Shown: positions 10,374 through 19,532 of the stretch, piece by piece
Layout: each line of letters begins with the position of its first letter
Numbering within the stretch: the stretch's first letter is position 1
Assembly: GCA_051003195.1 (NCBI GenBank)
Contig: JBPCLP010000035.1
Location: forward strand, 1-64,000
Source: Candidatus Sumerlaeaceae bacterium
GTDB lineage: Bacteria > Sumerlaeota > Sumerlaeia > Sumerlaeales > Sumerlaeaceae
Direction: 5' to 3'
Length of the DNA stretch: 64,000 nt
Position numbers and translations under genes: made by a program
Notes under the pieces: generated by a model
Told to the model about the DNA's origin: nothing
What the model saw: only the letters and a program-made list of their open reading frames with translations
Databases searched by the model: none

Positions 10374-11972
10374 ATGCCCGGTAAAAACGTCCTTCTGATT
10401 GAGCCTGGTTACAAGAACAAATACCCCCCTTTGGGACTGATGAAAATAGCCCAGTATCACGGGCCTCAAGGTAAGCAGGACAACGTCCGGTTTATCAAAG
10501 GCTGCGACCGAACCGTTCTTGAACAGAGTTGGGACCGGATTTACGTCACCACACTTTTCTCGTTTGAATGGAAACGAATAGCAGAGACAATCGATTTCGC
10601 TTTGCTTGCTTCCGGAAATAGCCCCCAGAACGTCTTTGTTGGTGGAATTGCCGCGTCGCTAATGCACGAGGCGTTCACCACCGAAAAGCGCTGGGCCGGT
10701 GTTCGCATTATTAAGGGCCTCCTTAACAAAGCCCCAGCTATCTCCCTAGAGCTCGACGTTTTCGCAGAGGAGCTCTACTCGGAGGATACAACCAGCCAAC
10801 CTATTGAAGATCTCATTCCTGACTATAACATTCTCGGCCAAGTTGATTATCCATATGCCGTGCATGATGCATACTTTGCATATGCATCCCGCGGCTGCGT
10901 CCGCAAATGCAGCTTTTGCGGAGTTCCCAAACTAGAAGGCGATCTGTACGACACGCCGTCTCTGAGCGCTGTCGTTAACGGGATCGAAAAGCTATATGGT
11001 CCGAAAAAGGACCTTATCCTCATGGACAACAATATTGTCGCATCATCGAGGTTCAAGGAAGTGATGGCTGAAATCCGCGACCTCGGGTTTACACGAGGCG
11101 CGAAGCTTCGGCGTGGCAGATCGCAGGTGTTGCGGCGTGTCGACTTTAACCAAGGAGTCGATGCGCGAATTCTTTGTAAAGACCCAGTATTTCTGCGCGA
11201 GCTCGCAACCATTTGTACCAATCCACTTCGTATCGCTTTCGACCACTTGGGCTTTAAGCGGCAGTATGAAACATCCATCAGATTCGCACATGAGGTCGGG
11301 CTGAACGATCTGTCGAATTACATGCTCTATAATTTCAACGATAGTCCAGAAGACCTATATGAACGCATGTGGCTAAATATCGAGCTAAACGTGGAACTGA
11401 ACATTCGTATCTTCTCGTTTCCAATGCGCTATCAGCCGACGGACTCTAAGGAGAGATCGTACGTTGGAAAGCGGTGGAACAAATATTACCTTCGTTCCAT
11501 GCAGCTCATACTTCAGGCCACACACGGAATCGTAAGTGGGGCGCCATCATTCTTCCGCCGCGCTTTCGGATCCACCGCAGAGGAGTTCACAACCCTCCTC
11601 ATAAAACCTCACAAATTTATTTTTAACCGGGCTTGGTTTGAAGAACACGATGGTAGGCCGGAGTTGGATGAGTACGAAGCACTTGCTCGAAAGCTGTCGC
11701 CTTCCGACCGCGTTGATCTGCTGGAGACGCTCTCCAAATTCGAGTATAACGGCCTCTATAACTTTGCACGAAGCACAATCAGCAATCGTCGAGTAGCTGA
11801 GATTTTCGAATTGTACAAGCCAATCAATAGCAAGCAGGAAGCGGAAATCCGCGAGAAGCAGGCAAAGAAACAGTGGGACAAAATGACAGCTGTTGCCGCA
11901 GTACCTGACGACCAACGGGTTGAAGACGCAGGTCTCGAACTTGAACCAACTCTCATGGCAGCGGAGTTCTGA
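10374..11972 (+). CDS. Radical SAM protein with an N-terminal B12-binding-like domain
   Basis: SRGCVRKCSFC (CxxxCxxC); N-terminal VLLIEP..YPPLGLMKIA; LMDNN and VDFNQGVDAR; start placed at the MPGK ATG. Confidence 0.85.
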   Translation: MPGKNVLLIEPGYKNKYPPLGLMKIAQYHGPQGKQDNVRFIKGCDRTVLEQSWDRIYVTTLFSFEWKRIAETIDFALLASGNSPQNVFVGGIAASLMHEAFTTEKRWAGVRIIKGLLNKAPAISLELDVFAEELYSEDTTSQPIEDLIPDYNILGQVDYPYAVHDAYFAYASRGCVRKCSFCGVPKLEGDLYDTPSLSAVVNGIEKLYGPKKDLILMDNNIVASSRFKEVMAEIRDLGFTRGAKLRRGRSQVLRRVDFNQGVDARILCKDPVFLRELATICTNPLRIAFDHLGFKRQYETSIRFAHEVGLNDLSNYMLYNFNDSPEDLYERMWLNIELNVELNIRIFSFPMRYQPTDSKERSYVGKRWNKYYLRSMQLILQATHGIVSGAPSFFRRAFGSTAEEFTTLLIKPHKFIFNRAWFEEHDGRPELDEYEALARKLSPSDRVDLLETLSKFEYNGLYNFARSTISNRRVAEIFELYKPINSKQEAEIREKQAKKQWDKMTAVAAVPDDQRVEDAGLELEPTLMAAEF

Positions 11973-11974
11973 AA

Positions 11975-13306
11975 ATGCCAACAGCGCAAACCGACATCGT
12001 AATAGGAAAAGATGTACTGGAACTGCTGAGCAGCGCTATGTACGTTGATCCGCTTTCTATTTACCGTGAGTATGTGCAGAATTCGGCGGATGCAATTGAC
12101 CAAGCACTCGGTGCCGGCCTCTACCGCCAAGGTACATTGCCACGCATAGATATCACACTTGATCCTAGTACTCGCAGAGCGGTGATTCGCGATAACGGAG
12201 TCGGCGTAAGTAGGGCGCAGTTTACGCGAACACTCTCGGCGATTGGTGCTAGCAAAAAGCGCGGATCAGCAGCACGTGGTTTTCGCGGAGTAGGGCGGCT
12301 TGCCGGCCTGGGCTACTGTAAAGAGCTGCTAATGCGCAGCAGGTCTCTGGGCGACAATCACGTATCTGAGATTCGTTGGGATTGCATCAGACTCACCGAA
12401 CTGCTTCGAGAATCCTGCGAACAAACCCTGCAGGAGATCGTACGGGAGATCACTGCAGTTTCGCAGCGTCCTGCTTCCGATGCTGATCCAGCGCATTTTT
12501 TTGAGGTCGAGCTTTGCGGCGTAATTCGGTATCGAAATGACCTACTACTCAATGAACTAGCGATCCAAGACTACCTCTCCCAAGTTGGACCTGTTCCTTT
12601 TCACCCGGAATTTACACATGCGGAAGAGATTCAGAGGTTTCTCCACCAGCATGCCGTTGCAAATTCTTACTCAGTTACGCTTAATGGAGCAGAGGTCTAT
12701 CGGCCATACCGCGATTGCTTTGAACTTACTCCCAAACTGACTGACAGGTTCACTTCACTAGAGACGTTTTGCCTACCTTCCATTTCCGAGGGATTGGATG
12801 CTGTAGGTTGGGTTTTGCATAGTAACTATCACGGGGCATTTCCCGAGAGACTTGGTATCAAAGGTCTCCGGGTTCGAGCTGGTAACATTCAAATCGGGGA
12901 CTCGCGCTTGCTTGACTGTGTATTTCCGGAGGAGCGGTTCAATGCATGGACGGTTGGCGAATGTCATATCACCTCGCGCAAGCTGGTTCCAAACGGACGT
13001 CGCGACGCCTTTGAGCAGAACTCGCACTATGCGAATTTAGTGAAGAACCTAATGCCTTATGCAAAGGCGATCACAAAGCACTGTCGCGAGTTTTCAGCGA
13101 GACGGGCCAGGGAGCGGAAGGCTGCAGTAGGTGCTGCAATGGAGTCGTTTGACTGGCCTAAAGCTAAATTGTTTCTAAATGAGAATTGGAAACTTTCAGT
13201 CCCCAAAGCTACCCGCAACAAGCTAGAAAAACTCCTGCAAACAAAGGGGCTAAAATTCTCACAGGTGGTGCAAATACTCCTAGGCGACAGCCCGAGTTCC
13301 AAATAG
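11975..13306 (+). CDS. GHKL (Hsp90/MORC/MutL-like) ATPase, paralog A
   Basis: REYVQNSADA (N box), IRDNGVG (G1), IGASKK, GFRGVGRLAG (G2). Confidence 0.85.
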   Translation: MPTAQTDIVIGKDVLELLSSAMYVDPLSIYREYVQNSADAIDQALGAGLYRQGTLPRIDITLDPSTRRAVIRDNGVGVSRAQFTRTLSAIGASKKRGSAARGFRGVGRLAGLGYCKELLMRSRSLGDNHVSEIRWDCIRLTELLRESCEQTLQEIVREITAVSQRPASDADPAHFFEVELCGVIRYRNDLLLNELAIQDYLSQVGPVPFHPEFTHAEEIQRFLHQHAVANSYSVTLNGAEVYRPYRDCFELTPKLTDRFTSLETFCLPSISEGLDAVGWVLHSNYHGAFPERLGIKGLRVRAGNIQIGDSRLLDCVFPEERFNAWTVGECHITSRKLVPNGRRDAFEQNSHYANLVKNLMPYAKAITKHCREFSARRARERKAAVGAAMESFDWPKAKLFLNENWKLSVPKATRNKLEKLLQTKGLKFSQVVQILLGDSPSSK

Positions 13307-14035
13307 GTCGACCTGGGGTTTAGGAAAAGCTAGAGGAGGCATGTCATCGTACGTCCTTCCATTGAGCAGCCTCCCGGTGACATGCTTGCGCGTGCCGCCC
13401 CATTGCTTAAAGAAGAATTGAGATCCGGCTTGTTCACATTGGCCAAGAATGCTTTGAACCCATTCTTCCTTCATGGGACGTGATCCGGGACCGCTCTCGC
13501 CACCCACTATCACCCAGTGGATACCCTCTAAGGATAAATTGTCGATTGGCCCGATCAATGGTTCACAGGAAAGAAAGCGCGTTTTCGCGGGCACCTTCCG
13601 AAGGTCATCGATCCGATGCGTTACCTTCGAGTCTTCAACGCTGACGCCCATCCAAACATTAGGAGGCCAGGGTAGTCGCGAGCTAAGCTCCAAAAGGCGA
13701 GTGCTTCGTTTTGTCAGCACCTGAAAGGTATGCTGCGGACAAGCTGCCATTGTCGCGAACACCTGCGCAATAAATTCAACAGGTACTTTCTCATGGAATA
13801 GATCACTCATGGAATTTACAAATACAATGCGCGGTTTTTTCCAGCTTAACGGAGCAGAAAGAAAGTCCGCATGAAGCGTCACCTCGAAGCCGTTGGCATA
13901 ATGAGGCTGGCCCATCGCCTGCAGACGCAAGGCCATCCGCTCAGCATAGCAGTTTTTACATCCGGCGCTTACCTTGCTGCAACCGGTAACCGGATTCCAA
14001 GTGACCTCGGTCCATTCTATTGAGGAACCGCCCAT
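13280..14035 (-). CDS. DUF5131 / phage Gp37-Gp68 family three-Cys (radical-SAM-like) protein
   Basis: SSIEWTEVTWNPVTGCSKVSAGCKNCYAE, FVNSMSDLFHE, FLSCEPL, WVIVGGESG, FFFKQWGG. Confidence 0.93.
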   Translation of the reverse strand: MGGSSIEWTEVTWNPVTGCSKVSAGCKNCYAERMALRLQAMGQPHYANGFEVTLHADFLSAPLSWKKPRIVFVNSMSDLFHEKVPVEFIAQVFATMAACPQHTFQVLTKRSTRLLELSSRLPWPPNVWMGVSVEDSKVTHRIDDLRKVPAKTRFLSCEPLIGPIDNLSLEGIHWVIVGGESGPGSRPMKEEWVQSILGQCEQAGSQFFFKQWGGTRKHVTGRLLNGRTYDDMPPLAFPKPQVDLFGTRAVA

Positions 14036-14869
14036 TTACTTCTCCCGATCGACTGCCGGCGGATTTAACTCAATAACCGGGCGAACACCATCTAGACGAT
14101 AAAGTTTTTCGCTTACCAACTCTGCCAGTTCCTTTTGGGACGTAAGCTCTGGGAGACCCGTCGGCTGATATAGAAACTCCACGTAAAAGTGTACCATGGT
14201 TGCGGAAGAATGATACACATAGGGCGTAAGCGAACGCACCTTGAATCCGTTCGTTTTTCCAATCTGCCAGCAGCAAAACGGGAAGCACAGTTTCAGACGA
14301 GTTGCTTGATTCTTCTCATGGGCCTTACAACACTCTTTAACATTCTGCCATCCGGACAATGCCACCGGAATTTGGCTGATCAAATCAACATACTCTCTCG
14401 CGCCAGTGTCGCGCGCATTAAAGCTACAGATCAGTACAAACGATCGAGTCGCCTGTGCGTGCCGGGAACATAGAGCGCGTAGCAGCTGAATGGATTGTGG
14501 AGTCTGATTTCCGCGCGTATAAAAAAATCCACCGTAGAAATCCAAATTGTAGAGATCGTGGCAATCGCTTGTGCTTAGCAGGTATTGCTGAACACTTGAT
14601 GGACCGATAAAGTGGATTGGAATTCCCAAGTTAATGTAATCCCAATGGATTCGCATATCATCGAGGACCGTCTCATCCTGTTCGACTGCTGTGACGCTCC
14701 CGAGTTCAGTTTGCCACTCTTGAACATCGAGGAACTCAATACTGGGTAGTCCGCAATAGGAAAGACCTGCCGATGCTGCACGGCGAACACGATAATCGGC
14801 TAAGTGACGACGATCTTGTCGTCTAAGTTCGCGTTTTTCTGAGCTGTCTGGAAAACGGTTTTTAGGCAT
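14036..14869 (-). CDS. Putative SAM-dependent methyltransferase-fold protein
   Basis: Rossmann-like pattern LSYCGLPS..LD / VTAVEQD / DLYNLDFYG; abuts the DUF5131 gene. Confidence 0.55.
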   Translation of the reverse strand: MPKNRFPDSSEKRELRRQDRRHLADYRVRRAASAGLSYCGLPSIEFLDVQEWQTELGSVTAVEQDETVLDDMRIHWDYINLGIPIHFIGPSSVQQYLLSTSDCHDLYNLDFYGGFFYTRGNQTPQSIQLLRALCSRHAQATRSFVLICSFNARDTGAREYVDLISQIPVALSGWQNVKECCKAHEKNQATRLKLCFPFCCWQIGKTNGFKVRSLTPYVYHSSATMVHFYVEFLYQPTGLPELTSQKELAELVSEKLYRLDGVRPVIELNPPAVDREK

Positions 14870-16439
14870 TGATTAAATCGCGTGATCGAAATACGTCCTC
14901 GATCTCTTTACACACCACCGTAAAAGTTTCCGGATCGTTCCCGATGTGATTAGATAATACTTCATATACTTCCGAGAGCAGCTCTTCGAAATTTGTACGG
15001 CTCGAACCAGATCCCGCAGGCGGAACAGGTTTAGGACCTTTTGATTTTTTGCGTTTATCCTTTGGAGCTGGCTTCCGTTTGCTAATTTTTTCCAGCGCTC
15101 TTAAAATCGCAGTTCGTGCCTTCTTTGTAGCATCTTGAAGCAAGAGCTCACGAGTACGTAGTTTCACCTTATCAGACGGACGCGGGCCTTTTGTTAGACT
15201 TTCTTGTTTCTTAATTAATTCCTGGAGGCGTTCTGCCTCTTCCGGGTCTGACTTACCGCTATCGATAAATGCCTGTGCTTCATCTATCTGCTTCAGATAG
15301 CTATTCAGCGCCGATAAAGCGCGGCTTTCCGCAATACGATCTTCATAAAATCCTCTGATGGACTCAATAGCTTTTCGTGATTGCATATCCAATTCAAGGC
15401 CGCTGCGCGGTGTATCAGGAACGATATCAGCATGAGTCAGGTGAACTTCGCCAACGTGCCAATTCAGATGTGGCGCGCTTTCTAAACGCACCTTGTCCGA
15501 CAATCCATAATGTGAAGCGTCTTCCTCGTCATAGATACTCGAACCGCCGACTGCGATATTATGGACTCTAAGACGAAAACTACGGAATTCAAAATTGCGA
15601 AGGGTTATGGATCTAGTGTTTGAGCAATGCCATGCCCATCCATACTCTACGCCATTGTTCTCGAGCTTTGAAAAGTGCGGACCATCTAACCCGTTTGGAA
15701 ACTGCCGGAAAACCTCTGTATTATCTACAATGATTGGAAGCTCCCGATAGTCCTCCACCTTTTCGCGCAACCACTGGGTTACTACAGTGGCATGGTCGAA
15801 GTTCGGGTCAATGCGACATGGAAGAATCTGGCTGACAATACGGCAAAGCTCATTGGCTTCGGCCAATCGCTGGTGGTCCCCATGAAGTCCTTTTAGCTTA
15901 ACTATCGTATAATGTTCCGCCTTCGGAGCATCTTCACGGTGAACATGAAATTTGCCATCAAGCAGTTGCTTGATATTTATATTATCATCAACGTGTTTCC
16001 TGATCGCTGCAAAGTTAATCGTTAGCTTGAAGCGCGAGGAAACACCAACTTTCGTTGTGATCAGTTCGAGCTCGTCACAGGCTTGGAAGCCTGCCCAAAT
16101 ACCTATCCCTCGAAAACCAGCAAGCTCAGGATCATGGGATTTAGATGTTAGTCCAATACCTTTCGCGTTACGAACTGCAATCTCGTCCATTCCAATGCCA
16201 TTGTCTTGAATTGAGATTGAACTAGCAGAAAGGATTCGGATGTGTACGGTTGCCTTCTCGGCTTCTGCCAGAGTTGGTGGACCTTGGTTTTTCCACAAAT
16301 CAAAATAGGCGTCGCGCCCATTTTGCACATATTCTCGCAGAACTGCCTGATGATTGTAAATACCTTCTGCCAGATTCCTCAGCAATCGCGCACCGATTAA
16401 ATCAATGCTGAATTCGTCTTTAACCGTTTCCCAAGTCAT
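14862..16439 (-). CDS. GHKL ATPase, paralog B
   Basis: REYVQNGRDA, IQDNGIGMD, IGLTSK, GFRGIGIWAG; shares the NIxxG..NW.VGE.H..VP..R motif with paralog A. Confidence 0.85.
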   Translation of the reverse strand: MTWETVKDEFSIDLIGARLLRNLAEGIYNHQAVLREYVQNGRDAYFDLWKNQGPPTLAEAEKATVHIRILSASSISIQDNGIGMDEIAVRNAKGIGLTSKSHDPELAGFRGIGIWAGFQACDELELITTKVGVSSRFKLTINFAAIRKHVDDNINIKQLLDGKFHVHREDAPKAEHYTIVKLKGLHGDHQRLAEANELCRIVSQILPCRIDPNFDHATVVTQWLREKVEDYRELPIIVDNTEVFRQFPNGLDGPHFSKLENNGVEYGWAWHCSNTRSITLRNFEFRSFRLRVHNIAVGGSSIYDEEDASHYGLSDKVRLESAPHLNWHVGEVHLTHADIVPDTPRSGLELDMQSRKAIESIRGFYEDRIAESRALSALNSYLKQIDEAQAFIDSGKSDPEEAERLQELIKKQESLTKGPRPSDKVKLRTRELLLQDATKKARTAILRALEKISKRKPAPKDKRKKSKGPKPVPPAGSGSSRTNFEELLSEVYEVLSNHIGNDPETFTVVCKEIEDVFRSRDLINA

Positions 16440-17799
16440 CGTTGCTCCTATCGTTGATGGCGGATTGTTTAACTTGGCCCCACCTTTTTTGCCGAAGGGC
16501 TAAATCCAAAATTTGCACACGTTTTACTTTGCGACCCACAACGACATGGGCATTGCCGCGGGATAGCTGGAAAAAATCTGAATCCGGGATTCCCTCCCCC
16601 GCGGATGAAATCATCTTCTTCAGCACCGGAAGCGTATTGGCACCAAGCTGGAACAGAAGCTTGGTGGCGGTATTCGCAAACGCGACCTCGCTAAAATCCT
16701 TCGGTTGCTGGGATGCTATGAGTAGTCCGACACCGAACTTGCGACCCTCACGTAAGATTCGTTCTACTGGCGAGCTATGATCAATTCGAAGCTTGTGTGC
16801 TTCATCCAACACGATAAAGCCGCGTAATTTCGATGGACCCGTCGATTCAATATGGCCAATAAAGTTCCAAAGCAACAGTTCTGTGACAGCTGATTCGAGG
16901 GAACGTTCCAAGCCTTTCAGTTGGACAATTGTTACCTGTCCCGCGCGGAGTAAGTTATCCCAAGAAAGACGTACGCCGTTATCTCGAAAGGTGTCGTATA
17001 CAAACACCGTCGACAGATGCGACGCAACCGAGGCTGCACTTCTTGCTTTCGGCCCTGTTCCTCTAGCGATTTCGGCAAGTCGTCCCTCTAAGTCTGCAAA
17101 TGAAGGCGGATTATTAGCCCAGCTCTTTTCATCGTCAGCAACGATGCCTCGATCCGCCATTATATCGATAATTGCTTGCCGAAGAATCGAATGCTGCTGA
17201 ACTCCGATTCGATACACTCTTCCGAATGTATCTGCGATACGTTGAGCAACATTTACTGGACCGAGTAAATCTGAAGCGAAAAGCGAAAGTGGATTAAGAT
17301 TAATCCCTTGTCGACTAGCCAAAATCTCAATGGGCTTAGCTGCGTCCAAAAATTCCGGGGGCAGGGCTTCTAAAGAGAATCCTTGTCCGTAATCGAAGAT
17401 GATTGTTGGTATGCCGAGCTTCGAGAGCTCAGCGACTACGCACGTGATCCCATACGTTTTCCCGGACCCGCTCGCACCAAGAACTAACATGTGGGGATTC
17501 TGTTGTCCACTACTCGGCTCAGGGTCCCAGTAAACATCAGTTGCGGCCAGTGGATCAGTACCAAGCAGGACCGCAGCAGAAGAACGTGTGCTTGTTTCAA
17601 CAAAAGGTTGGCTATTGATTTCTTCTTCGGGCGGACCGGAATAGCAATTAGAGTAAGTTCCCATTTTCATGTGAGCGGCAATTGCTGCAACCTGAGATCG
17701 TGTTAGGCCAAGAGACGCTCCAATTTCAGCACGGTCTTCGCCAAGCTTCAGCCTATCTCGCACTTGCTGTCGCACGGATTCGGTAAGCTTGATTGGCAT
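16420..17799 (-). CDS. HerA/FtsK-superfamily ATPase with a short N-terminal HTH-like segment
   Basis: NPHMLVLGASGSGKT (Walker A), IVLDEAH (Walker B), REGRKFGVGLLIASQ (Arg finger and Q motif). Confidence 0.88.
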   Translation of the reverse strand: MPIKLTESVRQQVRDRLKLGEDRAEIGASLGLTRSQVAAIAAHMKMGTYSNCYSGPPEEEINSQPFVETSTRSSAAVLLGTDPLAATDVYWDPEPSSGQQNPHMLVLGASGSGKTYGITCVVAELSKLGIPTIIFDYGQGFSLEALPPEFLDAAKPIEILASRQGINLNPLSLFASDLLGPVNVAQRIADTFGRVYRIGVQQHSILRQAIIDIMADRGIVADDEKSWANNPPSFADLEGRLAEIARGTGPKARSAASVASHLSTVFVYDTFRDNGVRLSWDNLLRAGQVTIVQLKGLERSLESAVTELLLWNFIGHIESTGPSKLRGFIVLDEAHKLRIDHSSPVERILREGRKFGVGLLIASQQPKDFSEVAFANTATKLLFQLGANTLPVLKKMISSAGEGIPDSDFFQLSRGNAHVVVGRKVKRVQILDLALRQKRWGQVKQSAINDRSNDDLGNG

Positions 17800-18809
17800 T
17801 ATTCTATCATGCTTGATGTGGTAATCAGACCACTCTTAGGCAATTCAGCGACCAAAGGTCGGAAGACCTTTTCAAATCTATGTAGTCTTTGAAGAAGCCA
17901 CTCGTGCTGTGCAGGCCAGTCGGTGCGGTTGTGGATATCGGCGTCACGCCGGACGTAAAGTCGGCGCAGGCGGACGCCGGGCTTTTTGTGCCAGCAGACT
18001 TCATCTGGCTCAAGGGCCGCCTCGATTTCAACGCGTCGTTCGGCGAGCTGCTCATATATTGCGGCGGATTCTTCGCTGTCGCACAGGACTTCCATCCGAA
18101 GCTCGCCAATTGACCAACTGTTACGTGGAGTATTATAGGTGCTGGCGACGGTGCTTAGGCGCATTCCGCTGCGGCCCACTGGGAAGTTCATCCAAAGTTG
18201 GGCGAGCGGCTTAGGAGTGCTCTGACGCCCATGCTCACGCAGGTAGGCCATGAACGCCGTCCAGTACTCACGGTTGAGTTGTTTGCCTTCGCTCAACTCA
18301 CCATCTTCGCGCGCGATCTCGTGCTCACGCCGTGACCAGTTGTTGGGTTGGCAGACAATGTTAAACTTTGGTGCCGGTGGGGAGTCGGCGATGCGCCACA
18401 GTTCGACTTCGAGACCGAAGAAGCTGAATTCCTCACTGGTGTTCTCGTTGAGCCAGTCGAGGGCGGCGCGGTGTTCTTCGCGGAATGTTTTTGCGACCCA
18501 TACTATGAACGATGCTTTGCGCCCCGCAGTATAGGTTAGCAGTTTGCCGAGATGGTCGTGGTCGGTGCGCTCGATCTGGTTTTCGATGAGGACTAGCTTA
18601 TCGTCAAAAGTGTTCTGGCAGATGATGTCGGCCGAAAAGTCGCCGACGGGGTTTTCGCACGTGGCGCACTCGAGTTCGATGCCGATAGTTTCGCCGAGCA
18701 GGCGGAGGTTTTCGGGCTGCGCGAGCCAGGGCGTGAAGTCGCCAGCTTCGTTGGGCCAGGCGGTGCGGAGGTCAACGCGTTCGAGTCGGGCAAGTTGGGC
18801 GGTTGGCAT
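17799..18809 (-). CDS. DUF4268-containing PD-(D/E)xK-type (NucS-like) nuclease
   Basis: EAGDFTPWL, ADI..VLIENQ..TDHDHLGKLLTY; C-terminal DUF4268-like region; TAATG stop/start coupling to the HerA gene. Confidence 0.8.
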   Translation of the reverse strand: MPTAQLARLERVDLRTAWPNEAGDFTPWLAQPENLRLLGETIGIELECATCENPVGDFSADIICQNTFDDKLVLIENQIERTDHDHLGKLLTYTAGRKASFIVWVAKTFREEHRAALDWLNENTSEEFSFFGLEVELWRIADSPPAPKFNIVCQPNNWSRREHEIAREDGELSEGKQLNREYWTAFMAYLREHGRQSTPKPLAQLWMNFPVGRSGMRLSTVASTYNTPRNSWSIGELRMEVLCDSEESAAIYEQLAERRVEIEAALEPDEVCWHKKPGVRLRRLYVRRDADIHNRTDWPAQHEWLLQRLHRFEKVFRPLVAELPKSGLITTSSMIE

Positions 18810-18859
18810 GGGAGTTTCGTGGCAAGTCCGTATTCTAAAGGCAATTGGGAAGTTGGAGA

Positions 18860-19345
18860 CTACGGTTTTGACCAATCGATAGGAGTAACTTGCATCCGGC
18901 TAACGGTTGTGGACCTTGTAACCAGATCGATTTTGGCGATGATTCCGGGAAAGAAATACGAGGGCAAAAGACGTCTGCCAGTTCTCTTCCTCAGCCCGTA
19001 ATAAAGGCTCACCAGTTTTGGGTCGCGAATACAGGCGATGCCGTGGTCTGGTTCGCTTGTCCAGGTGACGGTCCAGGCGTCCAATCCTGCGGCATGTAGC
19101 CCTTTCTTGGATTGGGTCCAGTCATCGCCTGGCTTGACGATTTGATGCACGGTGCGTTTGTAGCGCTCCTGGCTGATGAGCGGCCAAATATCCAGCAGGG
19201 CAAACACGGCGACCGCGGCAATGGCCGCCCCTATGGCAACAATCGCCAGCGGGAAACGTTTTTGGCGTCCACTGGATGGAGCCTCGGGAGTGGATTCATG
19301 ATTGTTGGAGTACCATGCCGTCATTAGCGTGTTGAAACTGAGCAT
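18860..19345 (-). CDS. Hypothetical single-TM membrane protein
   Basis: 161 aa ORF, one hydrophobic segment, GGAG upstream. Confidence 0.5.
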   Translation of the reverse strand: MLSFNTLMTAWYSNNHESTPEAPSSGRQKRFPLAIVAIGAAIAAVAVFALLDIWPLISQERYKRTVHQIVKPGDDWTQSKKGLHAAGLDAWTVTWTSEPDHGIACIRDPKLVSLYYGLRKRTGRRLLPSYFFPGIIAKIDLVTRSTTVSRMQVTPIDWSKP

Positions 19346-19441
19346 CTCCCGGTGCTAGGCTTGTAAACGAACAATGGGCCCAGAAAGTGACAGCTTCAAA
19401 CGAGGAGTCCAATTCTCCCTCAGAATCGTAGTGTTCAGCGG

Positions 19442-19510
19442 ACTTTACAGTAGGGAATTTGTGTAAAGTACAATGCTGCTTCACTTTACACAAATCGTCT
19501 TATATAAAGT
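19442..19510. promoter_or_regulatory. Tandem palindromic operator-like sites ACTTTACA-N12-T(G/A)TAAAGT
   Basis: Two copies, 19442-19469 and 19483-19510 (41-bp period); they also form a perfect 13-bp stem 19457-19469/19483-19495. Confidence 0.55.
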
Positions 19511-19532
19511 CAGCTTTACTCAGGTTCAGGAG

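Noticed and set aside
11975..16439. Calling the GHKL proteins HtpG, MutL or GyrB
   Set aside because: Only the ATPase boxes are shared; length and C-terminal domains do not fit, and the context is an accessory island.
16420..17799. Dnd/Dpt phosphorothioation or type IV secretion assignment for the HerA-like ATPase
   Set aside because: No dndBCDE, dptFG or conjugation genes are nearby.
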